DNA of 59,182 nt, the filler included, from Porpidia crustulata (taxonomy: Eukaryota): the NCBI GenBank assembly GCA_964255105.1. It is 3 parts of 3 records of this genome, joined end to end, with 100 filler letters (N's around TTAATTAATTAA, not from the genome) between each part and the next. Parts side by side here need not be neighbours in the genome. Positions count along the whole stretch, not along the records: positions 39,543 to 59,182 come from CAXUWE010000135.1; 2 more parts are not named here. The stretch is one strand, 5' to 3'. The notes beneath the pieces were generated by a model. It saw only the letters and a list, made by a program, of their open reading frames with translations. It did no database searches and had not been told where the DNA came from. Shown in pieces: positions 39,543 through 53,400 of the stretch (position 1 is its first letter; each line of letters opens with the position of its first letter). A program made the position numbers and the translations under genes.

Positions 39543-40472
39543 CCCCGATCCAAATCGCCACATCTCCCGCATGATGCTCATACCCCGGCACCACCACCTC
39601 CCTCTTGCCCACAAACCCCACGCTCTCGAAAAACATTTTCCGGTCCGCGGCAGCATCGACGCCAACCGCCACGCCGTCACGGTCCGCGAGGTCCAACGCC
39701 CACTGCAGCAGTGCACGGCCGTACCCGAGGCGCCAGTAGGCCGGGTGCACGGCGATGGCGATGCGCATCGTGGAGCGGAGGTGCCTGCGGGAGGTTGTTA
39801 ATTTTCTTGGGTTGGTTGATTAGGGTTTTGTTGGGGATAGTCTTGAGGTGGCGCCGCTTTGGGGGCTTAAGACTTACAGATGTTTGTCGTGGGCGGTGGC
39901 GTCTGAGAGACGGGCGGTGCCTTCCACGCATTGGTCTCGCTTCTGGGACTTGGGGGGGCGGTGGACCGCGAGCCAGAACGATGATGGGCCTGATGAATGG
40001 TGTCAGTCGGTACGGGAAATATTTGTTTGCGAATCTATCAACCTTCTGGCATAAACGTGCCAATCGACTTGGCACCATCGGGCAGACGGAATGCCGCGAC
40101 GCCCACGATACCCCTATGGCCCTTGGATCCGGACGGAACGAAATCGCCGCTGAGCGTCGGATACAACTTCCTCAAGGACTGGTACGTTCGCAAGGACTCG
40201 TCCGGGTCCAACTCGCCTTCGATCACGATCGCGGCCCGCTTCGGATCCAAGATCGCCTCGCGGAACTTATCGCGTTCACCCGCTAGGGTGTCGGTTGCGT
40301 TTCCGCTGAAGAACGGGGTCTTGTACTGGAAGATGGGGGAATGATAGAACGAAGCGGCGGCAACGACGCTTATACGATCGAGGTCGGCCAAGCGGGCCAG
40401 GCGAACGTTGGAAGGCGGGGACGTTGGTAGAGACATTGTTGAAGACGGGCCTAGTCTTGATGGGCTTGTCAT
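39543..40472 (-). CDS. GNAT-family acetyltransferase, 3' end lost in the gap
   Basis: VRLARLADLDRISVVAAASFYHSPIFQY N-terminus, IVGVAAF, acetyl-CoA motif IAVHPAYWRLGYGRALLQW..DLADRDGVAVGV, FESVGF. Confidence 0.8.
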
Positions 40473-41809
40473 GGTGTTGTTCGAGAGGTCTGGAATTTTC
40501 CGGTGTGTTGCGTCTAAGGAGCTGTTTACGGTAGCCTGTGCGTTCTGTGGTCTTTCTACTAAATCAAATTCTTGAGTAGGTGCAATTGATATTCCTATAG
40601 TGCCACTTATAAGAAAATAGAAGAGTGAGAAGAAACAATGAGCAATAACATTCACTTTGCTAGGAAAGTGCAACCGCACAAGTAGTAACACAAAACAGCA
40701 ACACAACAAACACAAGCTCAACAGATCTTGCGGAAAGAACGTGAATCTTCATCACACTTGCACTTGTGAGAAGCTTCACTGTGAAGGCGACATACTCCCT
40801 TCACAAATCTAGCGATGAGAAGCTTCGTCCGACAATCCCCTATTCATGCTCAGGCGAGTGCCTTGCAATCATTGCTAACGAACAACAAAATCAACTCCGG
40901 AGCTTGCCAGTCGGCACATTAAAACCGATAAGAAGTACATGATAGAACAACTTAGCTGTACCCGGTGTCGTGGGCTATATCCCTTTACATTGCGTAAACG
41001 TAGTGTCATACAGGCACACAGGCTCATCTAAATCAGCTGTGCCCTTGAATCGGCAAGGCTCTTCCACATGACCGTAGCAAGCTCGTAGTATGCTTTTTTC
41101 GAGGTGACTAGCTACTGACTGGTCCCATTATGGCTTATTGAACATCGAACATCGAATATTATGGAAATAGTAATGGAGCTTTTGCAGGACGTAGATACTG
41201 ACCTAGGCTATGCGATCATCGTTATGACCGACCACGCTCCGGAACCATTTGAAGGCAACTTTATGTGCTGCTTTGAGCAAGGAGCTATTTATGCTTGTTT
41301 TCAAGTCAAAGCGTCGATCGGTGGCTAGTGGCCTGAAATATTGGGCAGGACAAGAAGACGGACGGCCCAAAGTGAGGTATCTTCAGGTACGGCAAGATAC
41401 CCGAGGGAATGCATGGAACGTAGTCGGGTGGATAAGGCATATAGATGGACAGGTACCTAGGATGCTAGGCACCTAGGGATCTTACTAAAGTCATGAGAAC
41501 TAAGGAAGCCAAAGTACTTGTCAGGGTTGTGTACAGACCCCAGAAAAGAGGGCAAGGACCGTGTTAATTATTGTGAGAGGTGGAGATGTGAAAAGACAGG
41601 CCGTCACTGTTCATGTTGAAAGCCAGCCGTTGAGAGTATCAAATTCGTTGCCTGCTTGCGTTCCGCCGTTTCTTCACTATCAAATTAAACACAATCTTGA
41701 GGCCTAGTAATCGCAACATAAGAAAACCTGAAACACCCTGAACGCTAATGCTAGAGTGATCAGCGGCTTGCTTGCGTAAGAACGTAGGGAGTCTTTGGTT
41801 TTAAAATGT

Positions 41810-43647
41810 TTACTCCTCGCCCTCCAACGGAGCCTGCTCCTCACTACGACACAGGAACAGTCAGTACCATTTACCCCTGTTACGAGTATTTGTGGGCTTA
41901 CTACTCTTCTTCTCCCTCAGACACAGAAGCCTCCTGATACTGCTGATACTCTGAGACCAGATCGTTCATGTTGCTCTCTGCTTCAGTAAATTCCATCTCA
42001 TCCATTCCTTCGCCAGTGTACCAATGCAAGAAAGCCTTTCGTCGGAACATGGCTGTGAACTGGTCGCCAACACGCTTGAAGAGCTCCTGAATCGAGGTGG
42101 AATTACCAATAAAGGTAGCGGACATCTTCAGCCCACGAGGTGGGATCGAACAAAGCGCGGTCTGGACATTATTGGGGATCCACTCGACAAAGTAGGAAGC
42201 ATTCTTGTTCTGTACGTTCCTCATCTGGTCCTCTACTTCTTTCATAGATACTTTGCCACGGCTGCCATAGAGTTAGCAATTAATGAGAGGCCTAATTGTG
42301 TAAGAAACGTACAAGATGGCAGCACAAGTCAGGTAGCGGCCGTTTCTGAAGTCAGAAGCAGCCATCATGTTCTTTGGATCGTACATCTGTTGCGTCAATT
42401 CTGGGACAGTGACAGCGCGGAACTTGGAAGCACCACGGCTCGTGAGCGGTGCGAAGCCGACCATAAAGAAGTGAAGACGAGGGAAGGGAACCATGTTGAC
42501 GGCCAATTTGCGGAGATCGGAATTCAGCTGACCGGGGAATCTCAAACAAGTTGTAACGCCAGACATGACAGCTGAAACCAGATGGTTAAGATCGCCATAT
42601 GAAGGGTTAGATAGCTTCAAGGTACGGATGCAAATATCGTATAATGCCTAACGTAGTCAATATTCTGTTGCCACAAGCAACTGATTCGGCGTCCATACCT
42701 CGTTGTCGATACAAAACGTCTCGTCCGAATTCTCAACCAGCTGATGCACGGACAAGGTGGCGTTATACGGCTCAACCACAGTGTCCGAGACCTTGGGCGA
42801 CGGTACTACCGAAAAGGTAGCCATCATTCGGTCTGGAAATTCTTCGCGAATCTTCGAAATCAATAAAGTTCCCATACCAGCGCCAGTACCACCACCGAGA
42901 GAGTGAGTGATCTGGAACCCCTGGAGACAGTCACAGCCCTCGGCCTCTCGACGCACAACATCGAGAACTTGGTCCACTAATTCTGCACCTTCTGTGTAAT
43001 GACCCTTCGCCCAGTTGTTGCCAGCTCCAGATTGGCCAAATACAAAGTTGTCGGGACGGAAAAGGTGACCAAATGGGCCAGCACGAACAGCATCCATGGT
43101 GCCGGGCTCAAGGTCCACGAGGACAGCACGAGGAACATATTTATTGTGCTCAGCCTTTGTATTGAGTCAGACAGGTTATTGGTCTTCATATCCAGGGTCA
43201 GCTCTACCTCGTTGAAATAAACGTTCATGCGCTCGAGCTGAAGATCTGAGGTCCCATTGTACCTAGTCAAGTTAGATAATTCGCGGGAGACGGCCATGTC
43301 AATTCACTTACACTCCCTCGCCGTCCAAGCCATGCTCGCCAGAAATTGTTTGCCTATACCGAGGGACAACATAAGTACGTGTTTGGGTTCACGCATGGCT
43401 TGCACGTAAGACGAACCAAAAGGCAGCACCAATTTGATTACCCTAAGCTGGTTAGTCGATGCTCGTACGAATAGATGTGGATTAACATACACATTGGCCT
43501 GTTTGAAGATGGACCTGTTGCACAGAGCTCGATTGTCAGCTACAACTCTCAGTTGGATTGATAGAGGGGTAGGAGCTGTATGTGACGCGTTGGGGGAGAC
43601 TTGTTTGCATCCCACAACCCAGGAAAACCACTCACGATTTCACGCAT
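41810..43647 (-). CDS. benA: Beta-tubulin, 8 introns
   Basis: [44 protein letters not shown], acidic tail [14 protein letters not shown]; paralog identity not established. Confidence 0.97.
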
Positions 43648-44187
43648 ATTTGAGATGCTGGACTATGATGACAGCTTTCAAAGGATGAAAAGGAGTCTAC
43701 GTTGGAAGGAGAAGGAATTGGAGCTGATTTGTAGCTAGGATGTATGTTGCGTCGAGGGAAAAGTGTCAGGGACGTGGTTGTGGGAAAGGGCTCCCTTAGC
43801 GCGTAAACATCTCTCTAGGTAATGCCTTGGCCTTCACGTGATTCGAGCACGAAACTTAGCCATTTTATATCTATGAAGAGCCCCAATCTTGCTAATCAAC
43901 GTTGTTGAAAAAGTATGAGAATATGTATTCAATGATTCTTTTAACACAACAGAATCAACGAGAATGTCACATTCTTACAATCACAGCCTGAGTGTGTTAT
44001 GGTTGCTATCGAGAATCACGAACTCATGCTAGGGTAGCGTCTTAGGAAACTGTCTCGAGTACGCATAAACCATTATAATCTTGTTATATAATTACGTTCA
44101 CCAGTTGACGCTTTGAAATTTTGCCGGATTTTATCTAATAAATCATTTTAAATATGCTTCACGGAAACATTTGACCTGTCGCTTAGC

Positions 44188-44262
44188 GAGGCATCCGGCG
44201 TCGGAAAGACTTTGACGACCGAGGCGGTGGTTGAGCATCTATAAAGGCCGCTCTTTCCGGTC
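44188..44262 (+). pseudogene. Relic fragment of an AAA+ ATPase (Walker A exon)
   Basis: ASGVGKTLTTEAVVEHL*RPLFPV matches the fungal GxxGVGKTLTAEAVAEHLxRPL pattern; TAA at 44242-44244; preceded by an acceptor-like cttag. Confidence 0.65.
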
Positions 44263-44419
44263 GATATATCTACTCTGAGTCTTTCGTTAATCTTGTCTAT
44301 TGCGTTCTATATGTGAATCAGAAACGTCTATATCTGTGTCCTACGCTCGCTCAGAGGGACTGAAGCAATCTGTTCCCAACCTTTTCACCGTATGCTTTTA
44401 TCCAATTTCTAGCCAGCAT

Positions 44420-47400
44420 TTACCTCCTGGACTCCAAAACTTCAATCTTACCCTCCTTCGTCGTACTTTCCATCAAAAACACCTGCGATGCCACGAAATA
44501 TCCAAGTCCAAGCTCCTTCATTCGACGGACAAACCTCATACCCGATATGGTCTCAAGACCCTTCTCCCCTCTCCGCTCTTCCAAAAACGCCACCATCTTC
44601 GAAAGATTAATGCGGACCTCACACTCGTGGTGTAAGAATTTGGCGCTTCCAGTCTCGTTGGTCTGCTCACCAATAAGCGCCTCAGCAATCCTGCCGGCAG
44701 CCTTGTCAACGGGAGTCATATCGAAGTGGCCCTTCGTTCCACTAAACTTGGGCAGCATAGATATTTCATCCACGAAACCTACAAAATGCTCCAGTGCTGG
44801 TACCGTTGAATCAGTGGACGGTACCTTGGCTGGCACGAATCGGTGGATCGAGGTCGGTATTCCTAGCCTCGATGCAGCCCGCTCCAGAATCTGTTCACAG
44901 GCCCATCGAGTTGCGATATAGCCATTTGAGCCATCGGTAGCAGGTGGATTTTCTGCAGCCGACACCGCCACGCCGCCAGCACTTTCTCCAGGCACTAAGC
45001 CGGCGGTAGAAGTGTAATGGATTGGAATACAACGGGCAGCAGCCATCTTGATCAACTGCTTCGTGGGTATTACATTGCTTGGGCGCAGGAGGTGGTAATT
45101 GTCACCGAATGAGCGAACCGCGCCCATGTGCAGGATCGAATCCACTTCGCCGGCAAGGGCCCAGAAATCCGACTCAGTGAGACCAAGCCAGGGCTCGGAA
45201 AGATCACCTGTGTGCGTTATGATCTTTGGTGATGACACAGCCAGCTTACGCGGCGTTCCTGCAGGCTTGTCTCGCAAACCAATACAGTGGATCTTGCTGA
45301 TGTCTGGGCTTGCAACAAGCTGCGTTAGAATGTGCTTCCCGAGGAATCCGCCTGCACCAGTAATAAGCAATACTTTCTCGGTCGTCTTGAGCGGTCCGCG
45401 ATCGACAGGTTTCCAAAAAGCCTCATCATGGAGCGCGATTTCCTTTTCCCAACTGATCAGGTCGATACTAGTGCATTCTTCAATCTGCTCCGCCATCTCA
45501 CCAAGTGTATTGGCTCCGAGAATGTCGTATAGTCGAACAGTCACATTGAAGACATCGCGAATACGAGACTGTAGCCGGACCACGAGCAATGAGTTGCCAC
45601 CAATCGTGAAGAAGCTGGTCGAAGGATTAATACTGAGCCCTAGTTCTTTGGTACCTAGGACATTTTCCCACACTCGTCGGAGCTGGATCATAGTCTCTGT
45701 AAGCTCCTCACCGTCCTCGCTGGACTTGGTGCGCTGCGGGAGGGGCAGAGCCTTGAGTGCTTTGCGATCCACCTTATAGTGATTGCTGAGTGGCATACGG
45801 TCGATTGGAATTGCCATGACAGGAATCATGTATTGCGGGACCTGGAGATGATTCAAAAGTTGCTGCAGGAATGCTTCAGTATCAACAATGTTGTGATGGG
45901 GTGCAAATACGACGTGCGCGACAAGGAATTGGGGATCGCCGTTACGGAGCGTGACCACTGCCTCTCTTAGAGCGCTACCAAAGGCAGTGACAATATTGCT
46001 TTCAATATCGCCGAGCTCGATGCGTAGACCTCGGATCTTGACTTGTGCGTCACCCGCCACACGGTTGTGGAATACCATCGCTCCGTCTTTTTGGAGGTGC
46101 GCGATGTCGCCTGTACGGTACATGGTGGTCCACCCCTGTGCGACATACTCAGGCGCCGCAAACGGATCAGGAACGAAATGATAATCAGTGAGCTCCTTAT
46201 TATTCAGGTAGCCCAAAGAAACCCCAGCGCCACCGATCCAAAGTTCACCGGGCATTCCCACAGGCACCGGCCTGAGCTGCTCGTCCAGAATATACATCAC
46301 ATAATTGGGTAGAGAGTATCCACAGGGAATACGACCTTCGGGAGGCTCTTCACGGTATGCAATCTCCATCTTGGTCGAAGAGATCGAGATTTCAGTGGGA
46401 CCGTATGAGTTGAAGAACCGGAGCTGCGGCAGGCTCAGCGTCGCGAGCTCCTTTGTGAGTGTGCTGGTAAGTGGCTCGCCACCACCGAAAGCAAAGCGCC
46501 AGCTAGAGGCCTGCTTGAGGTTAGAAAGGCCATAATCCAGCCAAAGAGAGTATTCGGCTGGTGTAGCTTTGGTGTACGTAATGCCTTCTTCTTGAATGAT
46601 TTTGGTGACCTCAATGGGATCTCCGCGCTTGCTCCATGGTACAATGTAAACAAAGCCTCCATTGACAAGCCCAGTGTAGATTTGATCAGAAGAGTGGTTA
46701 AAGGTGAAAGCACTTTGCTGGAGCACTCGTTCTGCTTTAAGGCCCCATTGTGTTGTATAGCCTTCAATTTCGTTGCGAAGTCCCGAGTGTTTGACAACGA
46801 TGCCCTTGGGCTTACCAGTCGAACCACTCGTATACAGTATTGCACTAACGGAGTCCGGTCGCGCAGAGTTGGGTACACGTGCAGAGGGCCCGGACTCAAT
46901 GCCTGATACATTGACCACTTTGGCGTTTGCGACGTTCACCTGTGGGGCATCACCGACAGTGCTATCGTCTACAATAATCGCCGCTGGTTGACAACTTACA
47001 GCGACATCTGCGAGTCGTGGCAGGGGATTTCGAAGGTCCAGTGGGATATAGACTGCTCCAATCCGCATAATCGCAAGCAGTGAGCAAGGCCAGTCTGCGG
47101 TTGCATCTTCGAAAACTAGAACCCGGGAACTCTCGCCAACGCCAGCCTTCTTCAATGCCTCGGCGATGGCCTCGATTCGGTCAGTCATGCCAGCGTAAGT
47201 GAAAACTCTGCCGTAGCCATCCTTGAGTGCGACTTTGTCCTTATTCTTCTCAGCAACCTGGTCGATCCGATGGGGCAGTGTTCCTGGCCAGGATGATTCT
47301 AGGTTCAGTCCTAAATTGTCAGCCGCTTTCTCTAAGTTCTCGAGAAAACTTACCACGTCCCATATCGAGCGCGCGTTCTAGCTCCTCGTCGCTGAACAAA

Positions 47401-50400
47401 GGAGGTTCCTGCAATGGTAAAGAGGTATCACTGGAGAAGATTTCGAGCAGATGAATATAGGTATCGAGTAGTAGTTGCGCAGCCGTCTCATCGTAAAGGC
47501 CGCCCTGGGTTCTGAATATTACGCGAGCGCTATCTGAGCTGTCCATTATATCGAGCGTCATGTCGTATGCTGTGCGTCCTGGATGAAGTTCTAGGAATTC
47601 AATTTTGGTGTTGCCGAACGGTTGCTTCTCCTGATGGCCTTGACGGTAGTCGAAGAAGGCTTGGAAGAACGGGCTGTACGAAGAAGACCGGGGCACATTG
47701 AGTTCCTTGAGGAGTACGTCGAAAGGTACTCTCGAATTTGCAAGCGCTTTGTAGGCTTTGTTTCGAGCCTCAGCAATACAGTCGCCGAATTGCTGATTCG
47801 GCTCATACTTGAAGCGCAATGTGAGAAGGTTGAGTAGAAGTCCAACGGTTCCCATAACGTCGCTATCGTTTCTGTTCGCATCAGCAATACCGATCGTCAA
47901 GTCCTGAGCATCCGTGAAGCGGAAAAGCATTGCTTTGAAAGTGGCCAGATAGAAGTGGAACGGCGTAGATTCGTGCGACTTGGAAATTTCCTTGACTCGT
48001 GCTGCCAATTCGGGCTCGAGCCTGTATTCGACCTGGTTGACGTGGAAGGACTTTAGCGGCATACGAGAGCTGACCTTGGCCATGGGAAGTAGCGGTAGTA
48101 CGGGATGGCCACTCGGAAACTCATCTCGCCAATATGCAATCTCATCATCCATGTCACCATTCTGAAAGGCTGCGCGTTGGCTCCTTGAGAAATCGGGGAG
48201 TTGGTGTGGTGGAGCACCGAGAGACTGCCGCTGGTATGCCTTTTCCAGATCAGCCAGGAAAACCTGGAGGCTAACGCCGTCCATCACAATATGATGATAG
48301 TTGAAGATCAGGTAATGTTGAGTCGGGGAAAGCGTGAGCAAAACCAAGCGCATCAGCTTGCCACTTGTAATGTCGAACGGAATGGCTTTTATAGCTGCGT
48401 ACTCAACTTGAAGTTCCTCAATGCTATTGATCTTCTTTCGCTCTAGTCGTATAAGAGAGCCGGGTAAGACTTTTTGGTGAGCCAGATCGGCTTCCTTCTC
48501 GTCCGCCACAAAACAAGTCCGAAGCGATTCGTGCCTGGTGGTGACGAGACGAACGGCTCTTTCAAAGTCGCCAATTCGTAGATTGCCGGTGATACGGTAA
48601 TAGAAACTGACGTTGAAGGCTGTTTGGTCTTCGACTAGAAGTCTCAAGAACCAGAAGCGAGACTGTGCAAAAGAAACGAGCTCGCTCTTCACGTAAGCCG
48701 ATGCTTGATCAACTCGCTGTGAGTTTGAAGCCTTTTCAGCAGCCCCCGCTAGGTCAGCTGTTGACGAGGCCGGGGAGAGATGTGTCGCAGGAGTATCCAC
48801 TGGGGATTGGCTTCCTGACGACGTTCCTACAGATGCCGCGCTGGAGGTTTCACTCTTGGGCGCCGTTTCTCTCTTGGGGGGAGCAGACTCCGCTGCTTTA
48901 AGTTCCGCTCCTCTACGTGGAAGAAGGTTTTCCGGCAATTTCTCCAGTGCCTGCTGACAAAGATCGGCAACCGAGAAACCTCCGAGTATCTTGAGGACAG
49001 GCATATCTGTTTTGAGTTCTTTCAAGAACCAGCTGCGCACTTCAACCGCGACTAAAGAATCGATACCAAGCTTGATGAGAGGAACGTCGTTGCCTACTTG
49101 TTCATCGGCGAGTTGCGATATCATTGTCAATTTGGCGGTGAAACAAGCTGCAGCCAATTTAGCAGATGCGTTTCTTAAGGTAAGGGTTACTGTACCTTTC
49201 AGGATCTCCAGTGCTTCTTCCATGGTAGATGCACCTGCAAGTTGATCGCGAACGGGTTGAGTACTCTTCTTGCCATCACTCTTAGACTCTTCGCCCTGTG
49301 CTTTAACAATTTTGTGTGAGAAGCGAGGATCGTCGAACCAGGCGACTCTCGGCTCTTCATCATCTGATACCGTCCGGCAGCCAGTGGTAAGGACCGGGAC
49401 TGCGCCCAATCCAGGAATACCAGCTCGAATTGCCTCGGCAAGCAACTGATGGAGGTCGGTCTCCGAGGTTGCTATAAAGCCAAATTGTTCCTGGGCTATG
49501 TCACTTGCCTCTATGTTCCCAATGCCGGCAATTCGGCCGATGTCGAGACAAGTGCCAGCCAGGCCGCGTTTCCTCCGTCGATTCACAAGGCCGGTCAAAT
49601 AAGCGTTGCCTGCGGTGTAGTTGGACTGCCCACTGCTACCGATGACGGATGTGAGGGATGAGAACACGATGAAAAAGTCTAGGCTGGTGTCTTTGAATAT
49701 TTCATCGAGATGATTAGTACCGTCAATCTTGGGCTTTATGACCTTCTCCATCGCCTCCAGCGACATCTCCGAAAAGAGCGTTTCCTGTACCACCGCAGCG
49801 CCGTTCAAAACGCCAGCGATAGGTAGACACATGTCCTTAATTTTATCCACGACTCTCTGCAGGTCCTGCTTCTTCGTGATATCACTGGATATTGTCAGTC
49901 CCAGACGACCTATCATGACGGTTCACTTACATCGCGAAAAACTTCACGGTTGTGCCAGCCTTCTCCATCAAAGCCTGCCACTTGACGTCCGATTAACGAC
50001 TACGACTGATCAAGCACAGATGTCCTGCTCCGTTTTGCGACATCCATTCGCAAATGGACTGGGCGAGCTGCCTAGAGAGACCAACAAGAAGATATGTCTT
50101 GTTCCTCGAATACAGAAGATTGGCGTTGAGAGGCTGCACCTGGACTGTAAGAGTATCATCTGATGACCAATCGACAATACTTGTCGGATATCTTGGCACA
50201 GACTCATCACTAATCTGGTCGGAACGGAGTAATGCGCTTGTCGTCTTGTCAATTGTAGTTGCCTTCGCATAGCTTACTGCGTTCTCAAGAGCTTTGAGAA
50301 TAGCACCATTATCGCTTAATGGTAGCAGCGACTGATAACGGAACAGATCAGAAACGTTCATTTGTTTGCATCCTGATGGTAGGCATTCCCGAATACCCAG

Positions 50401-53400
50401 AGTGGTGTCATCATCGGCTACGAGTTCGAGGTAATGCGTGAGCTTCGCTGGAATCCACTTCTTGATAAGGTGCTTCGAGGTCCAAGGATCTAATTTGAGC
50501 CATGCCAGGTCCTTCGTGTCAGGCTTCGTTGTACTGAAAGTGACGCGAATGTTCTTAGCAGCCGCTTGCCTCGCCAATGCTGAGGCGAAGAACTCATCTG
50601 GCTCGTGCACGAGCACATGGCATTTTGTCGGTACTTTGGAAATCACTGATGCCGCCAGAAGCTCACTCCCCGTGGTAGCGAGGAAAGCTGATGCTTGACA
50701 TGGAGGAAATTTTGCAGACACACTTAATAAGCTGATAATTTTGGACGAGTTATTGTCGGAAAGACTGACGAGAGTGTCGCCAGTTGCTTCATTGGTACCA
50801 ACTCCAAGGAACAAGAATGTTTCAGGTGCGACGTTCAGCGCGGATAAAGTTGATTTGGTGACCTGGACGGAGCCAAGAGGTTGTGGCATCGGTTGTTCCC
50901 GCAAGACAAGTGATGCATCGGTAGTCTGGACAATTTGGACTGTAGAGCTATAAGGATTCACGGCCTTCGTGACAGACCGCCGTAAAGAGTTGATTCTGTC
51001 ATTCTGGTCATCGTTAGGGAGTATACGAGGCACCAATAGTTGCCCATCTTCTACGTAATATTCTGGCTCCTTTGACCATAGCAGCTCCTCACGCAAAGTA
51101 CCTTTGGTGTCCCATTCATCCATGGCAGCAAGTCGTAAGACAGCCTCAGCTATGAGACTAGAGGCCGTTTGTTCCCCATATGCTAAGTCGAGGAATTGGA
51201 GAGATAGGTGTGGCATCTCATAGGCGATAGAACGACCAAAGCCAATGCTAGCGTTGTGGTATGGCTCATCTGCCCTAGCGCCTTCAGTGATCCAGAGAAC
51301 GTTCTTCGAGAGCTCAAAGAGACATTTCAAACCCTCCATCTTCTCCTCGGTAACATTCTTGAAGATTGGCTCGTCAAGGTCAACTAGATTGATAAACGTA
51401 GTCATCGGAGGAATCACATCATCATCGGTTGGCAGGCCTTCGAGGACGGTAACCTTACCGCAGAATCTTTCGACCAGCTCAGCTATCTCTTCGGCAATGC
51501 GAGAGGTCTTCAGTGACCTGTTTCCAAGAATAACCAGCTCGTCTAAATATACAGATGAGGAAGACGATAGCGGTTTTCGCAAGAACTTGATCCGATTATC
51601 CACGGCTTGGGTAGTGATGATAGAGAATGGCCATGCAACTTCGTGGAGTTCCGGTGTAATGGTATCCACTCCCGAGAATCCAGCTTTGTGCAGAGCACTA
51701 TGCCACATCACTGTCCCCGTGGGCCCCATTATGCCGCTATCGCTAAGGCTACCTAGACATTCTATCATGGTTTGAATTCTAATGGGCCCATTATCAGTGA
51801 TATCGGATATCAAGAGATAGCCACCTGGTTTCAAGAGGCGACGAGTATTTTCCAAGGCTTTTTGAAGGGATGAGATAGCATGCCGAGCGTTAGATGCGAT
51901 GACCACATCGTACGAATTCTCCTCGAACCCTTGGGACGATGGTGTTTTCTCGGCGTCGAAAATCTTGTAAGTCATTTCCTGGCTGTGCGCCTTGAATAGC
52001 TCTGCGGCCTTCTCGAAGAAGTCTCCCGAACTATCTGTATAAGTGTAGGATGAGAAGGTTTTGCCTATGGATTCCAACACTGCCTTCGTTGCATGGCCCG
52101 CCCGAGCACCTAATCAGGATACTTTAGCAACTCATGTATATATGTGTGCGGCAGTCCTCACCTATTTCTATGATCTTTGCATGCGGGTACCGGTGTGTAA
52201 CCTGCTTCATCATTCGGGCCAAATTGATATTGTATTGAGCAAACCCAAGACCTTTCTCGTAGAGGTCATCAAGCATGTGCTCCAAGATGGTGGACTGGCC
52301 TTGTACGACGGCAGGTATGTTCTCTCCAACGGCAGAGATCACTTTGAGATCGACACTTTCCGGGTATCTGCTGCTGAGTTAGTAGTTTAGCCCCCTATAC
52401 GGTAGGGATGTGCTACACACTTGCTTATCAAGGCTTTGACATGGTCATAATCATCACTAGCCCATTCTCTCGTCACGGAAGGATGTCGTCCATTGTCAAT
52501 GTTAGATAGCGCGCGGATTGTTGAGTCCCGCAGAGATTGGTGACGTGTCTCGCCATTATCACATTGCTCATCCGTAATCTCTGACTTCCATTTTTGGAGG
52601 TAGTAGTACGCCAATCTCTCGCAGAGGAAAGCAATCTCAACCTCTTCTGCGGAGGGGCGGTCATTGCTCACAATGGCGTTGCCATTTGGCGACGCCAGGC
52701 CATATTGAGTCTTGGAAAACATGGGACGATCATCTGCTGCCGTAGCAGTTGAGAATGGCTTCATGACTAGGTCTTCAACCTGGATGAGCGTCTGTTGGCC
52801 ATCTTCACTAAAGATATCGACGCTGCTGCGGATGGAGATAGAGTCGGGTTCATGTAGAACGGCAGAAAGGGGTAAGTTGGTTGATGAGGTTGACAGCGAA
52901 GCACAGAGCTCAGGATTCACTCGAATGCATTTGATCGATGTGGGGACATGCAGTGACCACAGCTGGTCATCACCTGGACTCGATTGCGCAAGGAAGGAGG
53001 CCTGGAAGGCGACGTCCAGCATGGTGGGGTGAACCATCAGGATATTGTTATTATCATCGTAATTGTAAGTAGAAACAACGGCCCGTGCCTGGTCAAATCT
53101 TCTTTCCATGGAGGACAAAGTCCTGAAAGGACCGTTGTATCCATACCCAAGTGCAGCGAGTGACGAGTAGAAGCTGTTACTGTCGATCTCCGTCATTTTT
53201 GAATTGTCGTTTGGCGTCGAAGAGAGGGTTGAGAATGACGGGGTGCCAAAAATTATGTTGACCTTTCCACTCGACACCAGTTCCATATCCGTAGACCCAG
53301 TATTCGGGCACGAGTAGACAGCAAAATCGGCTGTTTGGTTCTTCACATTCTGGCGGGTAGAAACACCTGTCAGGGTGACGAGTGTCTCGACCGCGAAGTT

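Noticed and set aside
34274..40472. First 2OG oxygenase and GNAT as members of the PKS-NRPS cluster
   Set aside because: Separated from it by beta-tubulin (and, for the oxygenase, MKT1 and a gap); no sequence evidence of linkage
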